A DNA stretch of 64,000 nt from the NCBI GenBank assembly GCA_964016885.1, contig OZ024740.1, positions 114,018,001 to 114,082,000 of the forward strand. The letters run 5' to 3'. Position 1 is the stretch's first letter, and every line of letters starts with the position of its first letter. The notes beneath the pieces are model-generated. The model had not been told where the DNA came from. It worked only from the letters and a program-made list of their open reading frames with translations, and made no database searches. This DNA comes from Eledone cirrhosa (lineage: Eukaryota). This document shows positions 40,189 through 57,605 of this stretch, one piece after another. Both the position numbers and the translations under genes were made by a program.

Positions 40189-40518
40189 ACATTTTTTCTT
40201 TTTTTCGATAGATTTCATTTATTTTTGACTCTGCAACATAGTTTCTGAACAATATGACTAGTGAGTAACTGAGTTAAAGCTTTGAAAAGGTAACAGTTAG
40301 CTTTAAGGGAAGGAACCGTCGTGGACGAATCACAGCTAAGCTTAATCGAGCTCCACTGAATATAGATTCAATGACAGTTAATTTATTTTCTAAGCTAACA
40401 TTATATGTAACAGTACTCGCCTCAACGACAATGTTAACTCAAAAAATCTATGCGTATGTGAATGTGTGCGTGTATAAGTATTTATGTATGTATTTATGTA
40501 TATATGCATGTATGTATG

Positions 40519-40555
<37 letters not shown>

Positions 40556-41460
40556 GTGTGTGTGTGTGTGTGTGTATGTGTGTGTGTGTGAGTGTGTGTG
40601 TGTGTACATACAAGAGCAATAATGTTACTATTAATACCACTAATAATAATAATAATTACCGTTAACTAGATGAAAATAATTTTATTGGACCATTCTTTCT
40701 CATGTGCATACGCATGGTAAAATGTGTAAGATATAATGCTTGCCATTAACATGGATGATACACCAGTTTTGGGGGTAATATTTTTGGAATAGATCTTTCA
40801 GTATTCGAAGTTGGTGTTTATGTTATTTGCGATGTAGATGTTTTTTAGGGTATATTTACAATATAGTACAATATTATACAATTTCTGAACTCTTTTACGA
40901 TATGTCGTAAAGATGGCTTACGAAAACACCATACACTGAATTTAAACGTTTATTATATTTTGTCTAATACACAGTGTTATAAGGTCTACATCATTCATGA
41001 CTGACCATGATTTTGCACCTGAAAATCTTCTAGCCCCTGAGCCACAAGCCTACCCATATAGTGCTAGCAAATGAAGAGAAGACAAACGTGTGTGGGAAAG
41101 TTACATGCTAAATTGATTACAATATATATTAGTCTCACCTCATAATGTCGTTCGTTCTATCCATTTACATGTGTATATTTTATCAATATATTACGATATA
41201 CATTGAATGCTTATATTTCTAGAAACACATGGTATGTCAATTAATATTTATATTTTAATTGCCTCTCTCTCTCTCTCTCTTTCCATCTTTCTCTTTCTTT
41301 CTCTCTTTCTCTTTCTCTGTATATATATATATATATATACAGAGCGTGAATTTAATAAACATTCTCTCTCTCTGTATATATATATATATATATATACTGA
41401 GCGTGAATTTAATAAACATTTATCGTACTGCCTCTCTGTTCTGTCCCTGTTCAATTTTTC

Positions 41461-41513
<53 letters not shown>

Positions 41514-41539
41514 ATTAATTCAGTATTAAACTAGTAAAA

Positions 41540-41822
41540 CCATTATTCAACAGAGTACTCGATACTTAGGATAGTAATGACTATATTAGAAAGAGTTGGG
41601 GTCCGACGGCTGAGCTCTTGTCGTGTCGTCAGCTGATTCCAAACTGTTGACAAAATTAATTGCAGTGGACTTGCTAAGGAACGTCTATAGTCTTATATGG
41701 AAAACGTATCATTTTACCGACACATCAGTCACCTAAGCCAGTCCACTGCGAGTAGATTTATCAACAGTATGGACTGGATTCATCTTTCAACAGAGCAAGA
41801 GCTGAACCGTAGGGCCTCAACT
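41540..41822. repeat. Longer, diverged member of the GAGCTC hairpin family
   Basis: Nested imperfect arms agttggggtccgacggctgagctcttg / caagagctgaaccgtagggcctcaact, tccaaactgttgacaaa / tttatcaacagtatgga, and gcagtggact / agtccactgc. Confidence 0.65.
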
Positions 41823-42017
41823 AAATATACGGTGAGTGAAATAACGTGTATTCTGACTTTTACTCTTTTACTGGTTTCAATCAACGGCCTGGTTCCCAGG
41901 TAGGGCACCGCCTCGATTTAGTCGAGATCATCGAGTTCAGTACAAATGTTCCTTTATTCAAGCTCTTACCTTATCGATGGCTATATGTTATGGGTCATAA
42001 ACATAGTCCCAAGCACA

Positions 42018-42096
<79 letters not shown>

Positions 42097-42231
42097 GTTA
42101 TTCCGGGTTGAATCGGAGGTAACCACAGTAAGTAAGGTACTCAATACATAGCAGAGTATAAAAGTTTTAATATAGATGAGATTCTACAGGACTAGAACTG
42201 TTTCATTCATTAGAAATCATCAGGAATCTCA

Positions 42232-42284
42232 GAGATTCCTGATGATTTCTAATGAATGAAACAGTTCTAGTCCTGTAGAATCTC
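42232..42284 (+). ncRNA. Type I hammerhead ribozyme (canonical CUGAUGA core), mirrored on the minus strand at 42178-42230
   Basis: Stem I gagattc/gaatctc; CTGATGA; stem II t-ttc-taat-gaa-t; GAAA; stem III acag/ctgt; GUA triplet. Confidence 0.75.
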
Positions 42285-42298
42285 AGCTATATTAAAAC

Positions 42299-44271
<1,973 letters not shown>

Positions 44272-44368
44272 TTGCTCTTCGGTTCTTATATATTTGATAT
44301 ATATTTTCCTTATCGAGCCCTCTCTGGATTTTAGTCTTCAATTTTATTATTATTACTATATATATATA

Positions 44369-44437
<69 letters not shown>

Positions 44438-44526
44438 ATATTAATAAATGGAAAATATATTTATAAAACCATATTTATTTTATTATACATATTTCAAGGG
44501 CAACCAAGGCAAATTATGGTGCACTA

Positions 44527-44567
44527 TATGACCCCGACGGCAGAGAACTGCCGTCGGCGGGGTCATA
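44527..44567. repeat. Minimal member of the hairpin family
   Basis: tatgaccccgacggcag-agaa-ctgccgtcggcggggtcata shares its termini with 34961-35055. Confidence 0.6.
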
Positions 44568-44576
44568 CTTTCTCCC

Positions 44577-44661
<85 letters not shown>

Positions 44662-44948
44662 TAAGAAAATTATCGAGGACAAGAAAACCAACGAAAAACA
44701 ATTTTTCAAGAGGAAACCTTAAAAAAATCTTTTAAAATAAATATACAAACGAAAGACACAGAACAGCTGATTCATCGGCCATTCTGATGGACGTTGGCAG
44801 TTTCAACCACTACCAGCGGTACTGATAGTCTGCTCATGGTCACTATCTCTGAAAGAAACCAAATGCTGCCGTACTGAGTATGTGATGAGATACTAAATAT
44901 TAATTGAATGCCGTTAACCTACAATTACACATAGAATTTTCTTGGACG

Positions 44949-45032
<84 letters not shown>

Positions 45033-45437
45033 GGTCTTTATTGCGGAAGACAGCCAGTCACCCATACATACCAGTCTCTTCTCCCCACGTCACTCAGTAA
45101 CATGGACATCGCAACTCATTTCTACTGCGGATTGAACTGGATCAATGTGAAACGAAGCTACTTTGCTCAAGAAATCAGACACACATATATATATATATGT
45201 GCGTGTGTGTATGTGGGGGGTGAGTGTGCGTGTGTGTATGTGTGTGTATGCATATATATATATATATATGAGTATATATGTGAGTATGTATATGTATTTA
45301 TATATATATACATGACTTAATTTGTATAAATGGAGGAAATTAAAACGTGTCTTAAAAGTAGTAGTAGTATTCATAGTTGACACATCGGCAGTAGCAGAAG
45401 CAGCAGCAGTAGTAGTAGTAGTAGCAGCAGCAGTAGC

Positions 45438-45472
<35 letters not shown>

Positions 45473-45777
45473 GTGTGGTGGTAGTAGTAGTAGGTAGCAG
45501 TAGTAGTAGTATTGGTAGTAGTAGTAGTAATAATTAGTAGTAGCAGCAGCAGTAGTAGTAGTAGTAGTAGTAGTTGCTATTGTTGTTGTAGACGGTGTTT
45601 TATAGGCACTGATTACAAACTTTCAGTCATAAATTTAAATGGATTAGGTTCCAGATATTCCTCCTCTAACACTTAAACAATATCATTATCATCTCCACCA
45701 CCTTCATCATCATCATCATCATTATCATTCGTTTCTTTAGTTCCATCATTATTGTTTTGCATATTAATTTTATTAAT

Positions 45778-46500
45778 TGTTTCTACTTTTGGCACAAGGC
45801 CAGCAATAAACCAGTACATTACTGGTACTTTATTTTATCGACCCCGTAAGGATGAAAGGTAAAGTTAACCTCGGCGGGATTAATTTTATTAATATTATTG
45901 GATTGGCAGTATCGGTAGGAAATCAGACACCATGCTTTGCAGCATAGAATTATGGCCTTTTACGTTATGAGTTCAAATCCCTCCGAGGTTAGATTTGCCT
46001 TTCATCCTTACGGGGTCGATAAAATTAAGTACCAGTAATGCACTGGAGTCATTTTAATCGTCTTTCCCCTTCCACAAAAATTGCTGGCCTTGTGCCTATA
46101 TAAGAAACCAATATGATTTCCTTTTGATTGACAGTATCGGTAGAGGGTCTGACGCCATGCTTTATAGCAAAGAGTTACGGCCCTTTATGGTCTGAGTTCA
46201 AATCCCGCCGAGGTTAACTTTGCCTTTCATCCTTATGGGGGTCGATAAAATAAAGTACCAGTAATGCACTGGGTATTTGCTGGTCTTGTGCCAAAAGTAG
46301 AAAAATTTATTGTACACGTGAATTGCCCGGAATGCACAAAAGTAGAAACATTATTTCCATTATTATCCGAGGTTGACTTTGCCTTTCATCCTTACGGGGT
46401 CGATAAAATAAAGTACCAGTAATGCACTGGGTATTTGCTGGCCTTGTACACGTGAATTGCCCGGAATGCACAAAAGTAGAAACAATTATTTCCATTATTA
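45778..46500 (+). mobile_element. SINE cluster: one inverted 3' half (45778-45880, minus) plus three plus-strand copies (45898, 46126, 46367)
   Basis: Same body and tail motifs, with A/B boxes in the full copies. Confidence 0.9.
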
Positions 46501-46569
46501 TCTTTATTGCGCATCATTAGTGCTTTACCGAGCACAGTTCTGTGCGCCTTCGGTATAAACAGTGTAGTT

Positions 46570-47350
46570 TTTGGTGATGTCGTTTCTATTGTATTAATAT
46601 TACTCTTCGTAATATGTGTGCAAAGCCTAGTAGTGCTATCTTTTGTATACTGTATATATTTGTAAGTCCCGGGTTTTTGGTTATGTATTTGTTTGTGTGT
46701 TTTCTTTAATCATTCCTAGCACCTATTATTATAGGTATTGTCTCTGTTTTCATTTTCCACATTCCATTTATTTATATCTCTAGACCAGTGTTTCACAACC
46801 TTTTTGACCCCCGGGCCCACTTTTAGCTCCCGAAAAATGTCCGGGCCCACTTATTTTACAAGCGTAAACTAGTGCTCAAAAACTATTCCGGACTATAACC
46901 CCCACATGATATATATACTAGTGCTTCTCAATCTTTTTGTTCTCCCGGCCCACTTTACTCCCTAGAAATTGCCAGGATCGGTGCTCAAAGAGCATTCTGG
47001 AACACTTACCCCCATATGATCCCGACTGCATTTAAATTTTGTGTGATCTTAAGTTCCAAGAGAGTCTGAAAAAATTTCCAGGCCCACTGAAATTTCTTCG
47101 GGCCCACTCAAAATTGTCCCGGGCCCATTGAGTGGGCCCTTGGCCCACCGTTGAGAACCACTGCTCTAGCCCTTTATATTTGTAGAGTTTCTCCATTTCA
47201 TTGGAAGATATATTGTCATCTGCGATGATTGATACATCTATTAGAGGGCATTTGTTTTCCTTGTGGTCTTTGACTATAACATATTGTTGGTTTCTTTGAT
47301 GTCTCTGATACATATTATTATAACTTATTATTGCTGTTTTTCTCATTTGA
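46570..47350 (-). mobile_element. R4/Dong-type RLE non-LTR 3' fragment, interrupted by a hAT MITE
   Basis: VIVKDHKENKCPLIDVSIIADDNISSNEMEKLYKYK continues on the other side of the MITE as MWKMKTETIPIIIGA and IQKIALLG. Confidence 0.8.
46786..47163. mobile_element. hAT (Charlie/Buster-type) MITE, 378 bp
   Basis: TIRs cagtgtttcacaac / gttgagaaccactg; 8-bp TSD ctctagac / ctctagcc; subterminal ggcccac repeats. Confidence 0.92.
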
Positions 47351-47626
47351 ATATTTATCGCAGCGCCCCATTCTCATGAAAATTATACTCAGTGATATGT
47401 TTATTCTTTTCATTAAGACTAAATAGTGTGCCGTGTTATTGCGGAGTTTCGTCTGCTTCTTACACGGTCCTGGTATACATATATACATTAAGAAGTGCGC
47501 TAGTAACCGAAGTCTACGATAAAGTTGTATATGCATACATAGATAGTGTATTCCCAAGCCTTCACCAATGCTTACGTAAATGTACACATGTTTAATGTGT
47601 CTTCATTTAAACATAAATAAATACAA

Positions 47627-47728
<102 letters not shown>

Positions 47729-47759
47729 GCACACACGCACACATTCATACATACATACA

Positions 47760-47893
<134 letters not shown>

Positions 47894-48473
47894 TATATTC
47901 ATGCCTGATTTATCTTAGAATGAATATTAAAAGTTCACACACAACCTGAAAACCTCTCTCGTTCTTTACTCCAAATTCCAATAATGAAACATAATGAATT
48001 GCACTAAAACACCTGCATGTTTTATAGAATTAATACTCAATTTTTGATGAGCAACTTCTTAAAGTTATAGATTGAATATAAATATATAAATAACAAAATT
48101 AATAAGAGAATGTTGGTTTTATTAATACAGAAGAAAATCTTTGATTTATAATAGAATATCAACAACATGAAAAGTTATAGTCTAGAATGTATATTATATG
48201 ACTATAACAAAGTATTTATTCATATTTATTCACAACAATAAGACACTTATTTCCGAGTAAAACGGATTATCAAATAGTATGCACGTTATTAATTGATTGC
48301 AGTCAAATGTAATATATTTTGTTTTGTATCTTATGTTTATATGATACATCTATCAATAATATTCTCTCTTTTCTCCATATATACACATATATATATATAT
48401 GTAATGTGTGTGAGTGTTTGTTTGTGCATGTGTGTTTCTGTGTCTGTATGTGCCTCTGTCTATGTGTGTTAGC

Positions 48474-48504
<31 letters not shown>

Positions 48505-48984
48505 CGTGTGTGTCTGTATGTTTGTGTGTGTGTGTGTGTGTGTGTGGAGCCTATCTGGGGGTTGAAATTATGTAGGTAATGAGTGTTCCACTTGTTTGAT
48601 TAACTGTACAGTTCGTGCATGAAATTTGCATGCAAGTGGCTGAGTATACAGGCACGTGTTCCTTCAAAGGTAATCAATCATTCCTTAAGAGATATACCTT
48701 AACTCAATGTGTAAGAAACCTGTCGCTATATATTGGAAGTTAAAAACATTTTTCGCCATTTGGGTGGACTGAAGCAACTTGAAATAAGGGGTCTTTATTC
48801 AGGGCACTCGGAATCAACATGATGACGTAACGAATATGAATATATATATATTTATATATATATGTATGTATATATGTGTGTGGTATGTGGGACAAAGTAA
48901 ACGTACCCAATAATAAGCTAAATTTAATTCAGCTATAAACATGTGGAACGAATGAAACAATCCATCGCATTTTTGTCTCTGAGT

Positions 48985-49330
<346 letters not shown>

Positions 49331-49346
49331 TGCGTGTGTGTGTGTG

Positions 49347-49402
<56 letters not shown>

Positions 49403-50138
49403 CGTGCATAAATACGGATGAATTCAGTTTGAAACTGGTTAGACCATTACTCAACAGAGTACTTGCTACTTGGGGTAGTAGAGTATGGTTATATAATAAC
49501 GTATCGGAATCCTATAGAACTCATTCTTGCCAGTTCAACAGCGAGTTCCTGACTGATTGCCGAAGGGCTTGGAGGTTTAATGGCTGTATCATCGGGGGTG
49601 TGGCTTGTCCAATTAAAGGCATACATTATTTATCCAATTGTAAATTCTCTTCATATGAGAGTTAATTGTTTTTCCTTATAGTTAGGGAGTGGTTGTATGT
49701 GTAGATATATAGATTAGTGAGTGTGTATATATGCATGTGTGCGTCCATGTGCGCAACGGAGTGTACCTGCCTGGTACAATAAACGTGGAGAGGGGGAGTA
49801 ATTATCTTTATCGAAAAGGTATATTACGCTGCGTGTATGTGTGTATGTCTCTGTGTGTGTCTGTGTGTGTGTGAGTGCCTTAGGCATGGATATCGCGACC
49901 TACATACAGCAGATCTTTAGAATTAGCGTCAGGTCTAGCAACAGATCACTTTAAACAAAGAATTCTCCAAATTCACCAATTGTTAAATTAAATGTATATC
50001 ATTGAAGTGACGACTTATTTGTTATGTATGTATGTATGTATGTATGTATGTATGTATGTATGTATGTATGTATGTATGTATGTATGTATGTATTATGTAT
50101 GTATGTATGTATGTATGTATGTATGTATGTATATATAT

Positions 50139-50742
50139 GGTCACCAGTTGGTGCTACTGGTAACATGTATCCCAGTACAACCTGTCTCATGGTCGGGTCG
50201 TTGGCGACTAAACTGGCAACACCACCAAGGTTACTTGGTGAGGAGGGTGACTTTGGACATCCTGTAGGACTAAAAACAAAACCTGTCAAAGGGCAAAGGA
50301 GCTCTTAAGAATCAAAGGCCATACAAAATTATCGGGAGAGATGACCCCTTAGCCTTTGTCAAGGCAGAATTCTAGGAGAAGGAAAACTCTGATATAATAC
50401 CTGCAACTCTGATGGTATCCAATGATGTTGACCTGTTCTTCTTTTTGTTAAATATCATCTTGGTTAAGAGAGTGGGACTGGCTTTGTGCAGTGCCTTTTC
50501 TCACTATAAAAGCTTCACGGCACAGGCATTTTTTATACCTGGATATCTCTCTGCACTTGTCGTCACATGGTACCAAGGCCCCAGCACTATGTATCAATAA
50601 TTGTCACAAGTGTAGTGTTTGTACCAGAGTTTTCAAGTCGCTGGCTGGACTAAAAGTCACACTCGTTCAGCGCATCGGTAGGAGTTCTCCTACATAGATA
50701 TAAAGTAGTGGCCGTACTCGAAAACGAGTTGGCAGCCACCAT
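50139..50742 (+). mobile_element. Internally deleted RTE-type derivative in (TATG)n
   Basis: RTE-like 5' UTR motif ctaggagaaggaaaactctga; C-terminal CSVCTRVFKSLAGLK zinc-finger remnant; 3' hairpin ctcgaaaacgag then (ATGT)n. Confidence 0.6.
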
Positions 50743-50771
50743 GTATTTATGTATGTATTTATCTATCTATC

Positions 50772-53700
50772 CAAGATACCAGAAAGGGTGCCAGTAGACA
50801 ATACAAACTATATACAGATTTCGGCAGAAGGCCAGCCACACTGTTTTAAATGCGCAAGCACATCGCATTTAAAGGCCTCCTGTCCCCTCTTACGAACAAA
50901 CACCACCACCCCCCAAAAAGTAGTTTTACCAACACCAACCCCAAAACCACAACAACAACAACACACAAAATGACCAAACACAGAAAAACAAATAACTGTT
51001 CAACCACAAACAACAGAAAAAACACAAACAATTCCCTTGAAAAACACAGTACCACCCATCCGACTCCATCCAACACTACTACAATCACACACACAAACAC
51101 ATCATTACCACACAACATACCCCTCGCACACGCCCCTGATGACGATTCACCACCAGACGAGGCTACTTCTCCATCCCCAAGTGAAGATGGAGAGCCTCTT
51201 AAATCAAAAAAAAACAAAAAAGAGACACCACAAAGCCACAAAAACAACAACCACCAACTCAAACAACAACACAAACACCCCCCCCCCCTACCAGCAAAAC
51301 CAACACCAACACCACCCCAAACGCCAATGACCACCATAAAAAGAAAACTACAGAATGAACAACCAAAACAACACAACAAAAAAAACAAAAAAAAACAACA
51401 ATACACATACATTAACACAAACAACAAAAACCTAATGGAGGTCATCTCCCAAGACCCCAAGGTAGAAACTGAGGGGAAAACTTTTGTAAAAGCAGACTCT
51501 CAACCACACCTAAAACTAATAAGGGTTTCGATAGAAATCTATCAGAATTTGAAAGAACAATTTTCACAGGACGTTGGCTACCCCTGTCAAAAACCAATAA
51601 ACCATGTCTTGTTGAAATGTTTCCCCACCCCACTCAACACCCCCACCAGAACTGAAATGGAGATTGAAAAATTCGATCTCCAAGAAACGAAAAGGTAAGT
51701 GCACCTTTTCGTCCTTTTCGCCAACCCTTCTCCACCAACATAGCTGACTTACGAACTGGAAGCGTGAATGTGCGTGGCCTAGGGATAGCCTGGATACAGG
51801 GCCTACATTTAAACGACCTTAGATCACACGGTATAGATGTAATAGCCATCACCGAGTCCAGGATCTGCAACAGGCAGCAACTAACCCTCATCAATGACTT
51901 TGAGATCTACGCATCTCTCTGTCAGCCGAGAGGTGGAGGGGAGTGACTGTCATGTTTCGGATAAACCTGGATCTCGAAGTACAGCAACTACACTTGGACT
52001 CGGAGGGTACACTGATAGTCCTAGACGTGAACAGTATTGGAGGTTGAGCCTTCAGACTGGTGGCGGTTTATGCCCCGACCGGGTAATCACAATCGCGGCC
52101 AGACTTCTTTAAGCGTTTAGAGTCTTTTCTGGGAACGTCTCGCTCCTTGCTTTTAGTGGGGGACTGGAATGGTATCCTAGGTGCACGATGGAACTATGTG
52201 GGAGCATGTCCCAGTAGAGCGGGGTGCAACAGCCTCAAAAATCTAATCGGCCAATTCCAATTGGCTGATAGATATCGACTAGATTTCCCGACTGCATCAG
52301 AGTGGACGTGGGCAAACCGCAGCGGGACATCTAGATCGTATTTAGATAGGTTTTTCATTAGATAAAAGGACAAGAAGGTGTTAAGCTGTCCACAAATGCA
52401 CATGGTTGCCTATTCAGATCACAAACTAGTCGTCTGCATATTCAACCGTTATAGAATACATAGACAAGGACCCGGGTACCCGGGTAGCTGAACGTGTCGT
52501 TGCGGGCACGAAAAGCCTACAGTGAACGGATAAGTAGATTAGTTAAGCAAGAGTTGACGGGAGCCATCGTCAACAATTGATGGTGGTACTCTCTCAAGAG
52601 AGCAATTAGAGTAGAATCGATAGGGTTTAGCAGAGAATTAGCTTTAGAGAAAAACAAATCAGAAACAGAACTAGTAACAAAGGTAGAAGAGGCGCTTAGG
52701 AGTGGCAACGCAGCTAGAGTGCTAGCATCGATAACTGCACTGGATCGGATCTTCGACGCGAAACACGAAGGCTGCGTGGTCAGAAGTAAATCACGTGCTC
52801 TAGGAAACGGAGGAGCAAAAGCTGTTAGCTGGGCCCGAGTGGCGGTAGCGAAAACTGGCAACAAGTCCACGCGTGCTACTTGACCCCAGGCAGATGTGCG
52901 CGGCTTTTCAGCGGCACTTTGCGTGACTGTTTGAACAGACCGACGGTGCACCGAACAGGGCAATGGACTTTGCTTCATACCTCGACGGCCTGCCGCGTCT
53001 CTCGAGAATAGACGCCGAGTTCTGCGAAAGAGCGATCACAGCCACTGAGATACGCAACGCTCTGGGCCGCTGCGGGAAACGCAAGTCCCCCGGTCTAGAT
53101 GGTCTACCCTATGAGTTTTACATAGGCATGCCGGACTTGTTCTCTGGCGTGCTCGAAGCCGTCTACTGCAATTAGCAGCAGAACGGGAGAATTCCCAGTT
53201 CTGCAGGCAACGGTGTAGTAACGCTGATCAGGAAAGACGAGAACAAGAGGGACGAAATTAACAACTTCAGGCCCATAACTTTGCTCAACACAGAGTTAAA
53301 GATTTTGGCCAAGGTGCTAGCAACGAGGCTGGTGCTTGTCGTCGAAAACCTGGTAGGGAAAGCGCAAATGTGTGCAATCCCGACCAGGTCCATACACGAC
53401 AACCTCCACCTCATGCGATACATCATAGAGAGGGTGGGGTGTAAACCCGGCTTCGGTGGGGCTCTGATCAATTTAGATGAGTCTAAGGCATTCGATAGGG
53501 TCGACCATCGATACTTGGAAGCCGTTCTCAAGGCGGCCGGTTTCGGTCCCGTTCTCAGGGGCTGGATCAAGGCGATGCACACCAGCATCGGCTCTAGGGT
53601 CAAGGTGAACGGCTACCTATCGGGGCCGTTCGCAATCACGCGTTCCATTCGACAGGGATGCCCTCTCTCCTCCTTTCTATACGTATTGACTCTAGAGCCA

Positions 53701-55360
53701 AAACTGCGGTAGTTGGAGCTTTTGCGGGACATTCCTTTAAAACCGCGACTGCGAAAAGTGGCGTCGGCTTATGCCGACGACGTGACGGTAATGGTGTCGA
53801 AAACCTCGGAAATCAAGGTAATCCGCAACCTACTACAGGAATACAAAAGGTTCACAGGACCAAACTGAACCCGGACAAGTCTGTCGGTTTGCAACTCGGA
53901 ACGTGGAGAGGCAAACCGATGCCGTCCGACAGCGTCGTCGAACGATGGACGGAAGGACCGGTGAAATTGCTCGGGGTCTGGTTCGGTCGAGGTGGACAAA
54001 AACTGGAACTTGGTCAATGCCAAGGTATTTGCGCTCACCCAGGAGTGGGCAGAGTGCAAACAGTATTTGAAAGGTCGAGCGGAGTTGGCGAACACTTTCA
54101 TAGCGTCCGTCATCTACTACCGCTTGACTGTCGTGACTTGTCCTCGTGAATACCTCACCAAGATGGAACGCATGCTCTTCCAGTTCCTGTGGAAGAAGCA
54201 GACTCCACTGGTTAGGAGATCCGTCTGTTGTCAACACCTTTCCAACGGAGGGCAGGAGGGCATGCCGTGGCTAATGATAGGCAAACATGCGCTGAGGCTA
54301 CGGCATCTCCAGGTATTCCTCACCGACCAACCGGTGTGGGCACAGTTTGTGAGACTGGCCTTCCCCCAACTTGTCTCGCTGACGGAGCTGCAGTCCTGGG
54401 TGAAGCGAAGACCGAAGAAGATGGGCGCCTGGCACATTGAATGCGCCCAGACGCTCACAGACCTCTGAAAAGCGAGCACAGCAATCATGGAGACTCCACT
54501 TCGACATTCTATAGAGGGTTAGTACTTTTCAAGTGCGACAACGTGCTCGGGGAGACTCTAGGCGTAGAAGACGACGAGCTCACCAGTCTGTTCGGTAAGA
54601 CTTTCCGCCCGGGACCTATGGACATCTTCCAGAGGTCCCTGACCTGGCAGTGGAACCAAGGAGCTCTACCCGTTCGAGATAAGATCTACAGGTACGGACG
54701 CCCCGGCAGGGATCCTTCCAACAGGACGTGTCCAAGATGCGACCAGAACATTGAAACTGTCTTGCACGCAATTGTACACTGCCCGGGCGTAAGCGACCTG
54801 TGGAACTATGCAAGACAACTGCGTATGGAACAAATCCAGTTAACTGCCGACTCCATAGTAAGGATCAAACCGCCAGCCTCTTTCAAAAACGAAAGAGAGG
54901 CGGTTTTCCTCTGTACAGTGGCAATGGTGAAAGAGGTTATATGGTGGACGAGATTGAGAGGACTGAGGATAGATGCCTTTCTCTCCGGACAACAATTGAT
55001 TCCTTTCTTTAAGTATCACTTTAGAAGGAGAATCAGAGTGGAGAGTGAGGCACTGCACCCCAGTAAATTTACTGAAAGGTGGCTGAATGAGGCGAAAATG
55101 GCCCGAGGGATTGGGCCTTCTCTGTTTATAAGCCTGTAGGTTAAAGAAGAGAGCAAAAGGAAGAAGGGGGCACTTGCACAACACGCTCCTGAAGTTGAGG
55201 ATTGTTCTATCGACGGAGTATTAAACAACCCAACAGGGATTTCAATTTCGATTGTTATAATTGTTTGTTTCAATATTTTTACACGACTGTATGTAAAATC
55301 CCCGGCATGTGTCTTTTTATTGTTCCCTTTTCTTGTGTGCCCTTGTGGCAAATAAAGAAA
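50772..55360 (+). mobile_element. Tx1/L1-clade LINE, near full length, disrupted
   Basis: ORF1 CCHC knuckle CFKCASTSHLKASC; APE motifs VNVRGL, ITESR, GDWN, RSYLDR, SDH; RT motifs KSPGLDGLP, FRPITLLN, KAFDRV, RQGCPLS, AYADD; C-terminal CPRC...HAIVHC; ends gcccttgtggcaaataaagaa. Confidence 0.95.
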
Positions 55361-56449
55361 TATATATATATATATCTATTTATCTAAGTATATATGTATG
55401 TATGCAAACTTGTCTACCTAATTTTCTATCTATATATGTATGTATTTATGTATTATGGTATATATGAATGCTTGAGTATATGTATGTACATATCTGTGTA
55501 TGTATATATGTATAAATGTATATGTATATATATATATGTATTTATGTATTTATATGTATGTAATTATGTATGTACGTATGCATGTATGTAAACATTATGC
55601 TACATATAATAAATGAACCACAAGCGTATTTTAACATTGGTACCAATATGTAGAGCTGCTCGCTGCTTCAAATGAGTCATATTCAAAAATACATTTATAC
55701 CTTTAATATATACACATTAATAACCTTCGATTACCTTTGGAAATTTAATTTGTAAGGTTCACAGAGTTCGTATATTTGTATGTCAGTAGAGTATACTGTT
55801 AAACAAGTGCATTTCAACATGGCATTCTGTTATTGGATATCCAGTTAAATATTCTATTTCTTGTGTATATGTATACATCAAATCAATTATAGGTCCATGT
55901 TAGAATAATTATCCTCCTCGTGTTCTTTAAAAATATTAATATATAATTACATATTTCATTTATCACTCTTAGTACGGCTGTTACTTAAATATAGGTATGT
56001 ATACGTACATACATATATGTATACAGAGGTACAGTAGTATATATTATATATATATATATACATACATGCACACATATATATATTTACGTATGTATTTACA
56101 GAACATTTATTATAATGCTCGGTTTGTTTGTAAACAAACATCCCGAATTAAGCCGTACAATGTTTAGCAACCATCGTTGCCCTTTTGTTCAACACTGACA
56201 AAGGATCGATGTACTAGTTTCAAGCTTATTAGCTATCGTCAGCACCGTATACCTACCTTCCTGCCAGATGATTGAACGTCTGAAAGTATATACTTTCCTT
56301 ATGCATATTAACGGCTGAGCAGCTTAATTTGCATATCGAGTGAGTTAATCGGCCGGGTGCATCGAAAACGATAAATGTAAAAAATGAAACGAAATTTCAT
56401 GTCTCACTCCTAATACGTCTGTATACATATATGTATGTACGTAAACATA

Positions 56450-56529
<80 letters not shown>

Positions 56530-56865
56530 TATAAGGATACAGGGAGGGGAGGGCGGGGAGAAAAAAGAGAAAGAGAGAAAGAGAGAGATAAAGAGACAGA
56601 GACGAAACAATGTTGTCATTGGCAAATTTCAAGGGAACGAAGGTTACACACTTGATAGAATGAATGTTTTGCAATGCAGGCCGAATGTATTGTGAGATGA
56701 ATTAGTGGATAGATCGACGGATGTATGTTGTGGTGGGGGTATTAATATTTGGTGGAAATATATAAACAAATGAAATGTTACATAGGTTTCATTAACCACA
56801 ATGGAGTGCGAGCTATTATGTTTGCATGTGCTTGAGGAGGGAGTGCATGTGTTTATATGCATTGT

Positions 56866-56909
<44 letters not shown>

Positions 56910-56997
56910 TTCGTTTCTGAATTTGTTTAGCAAGATTCTATTATATTATTATTATTATATATATATATATATATATATATGAGTGTGTGTGCGTTTG

Positions 56998-57029
<32 letters not shown>

Positions 57030-57048
57030 AGCAAACGCACACACACTC

Positions 57049-57080
<32 letters not shown>

Positions 57081-57160
57081 TGAGCGAGATGGAAAGAAAG
57101 AGACAAGGATGGATAGATAGATAGTCAGACAGCCAGATAGAGAGATATACATACATATGC

Positions 57161-57191
<31 letters not shown>

Positions 57192-57416
57192 GTGTGTGTG
57201 TGTATATATATATAGTTGTGTGTGTGTGTGTGTCTTTGTGTTTATGTGAGTGTCATTGCATCAATAGTTAATGACAAGAATGTGTTAAAAATGTTGGAAG
57301 GCAACACATAATTGACTCCCATGGCACAATTAAAGTGATTATATAAATCTATATATAAAGAAACAAGAAGCATCAAATTATATGTGACATTATTACTTCC
57401 ATTATATTTAATTGAG

Positions 57417-57605
57417 GATGGATTGGCAGTATCGGTAGAGGGTCGGACGCCATGCGTTGATGCGTAGAGTTACGGCCTTGCCATTCTGAGTTCAAATCCC
57501 GTCGAGGTTAACTTTGCCTTTCATCCTTACGGCATCGATAAAATAAAGTAGCAGTAATACACTGGGTAATTTGCTAGCCTTGTGCCAAAAGTAGAAACAA
57601 TTATT
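57417..57605 (+). mobile_element. tRNA-derived SINE
   Basis: Same subfamily as 24363. Confidence 0.9.

Noticed and set aside
56298-56338. Paired octamer/POU-like sites (atgcatatt, atttgcat) as an enhancer
   Set aside because: Short AT-rich motifs expected by chance; no conservation data available.
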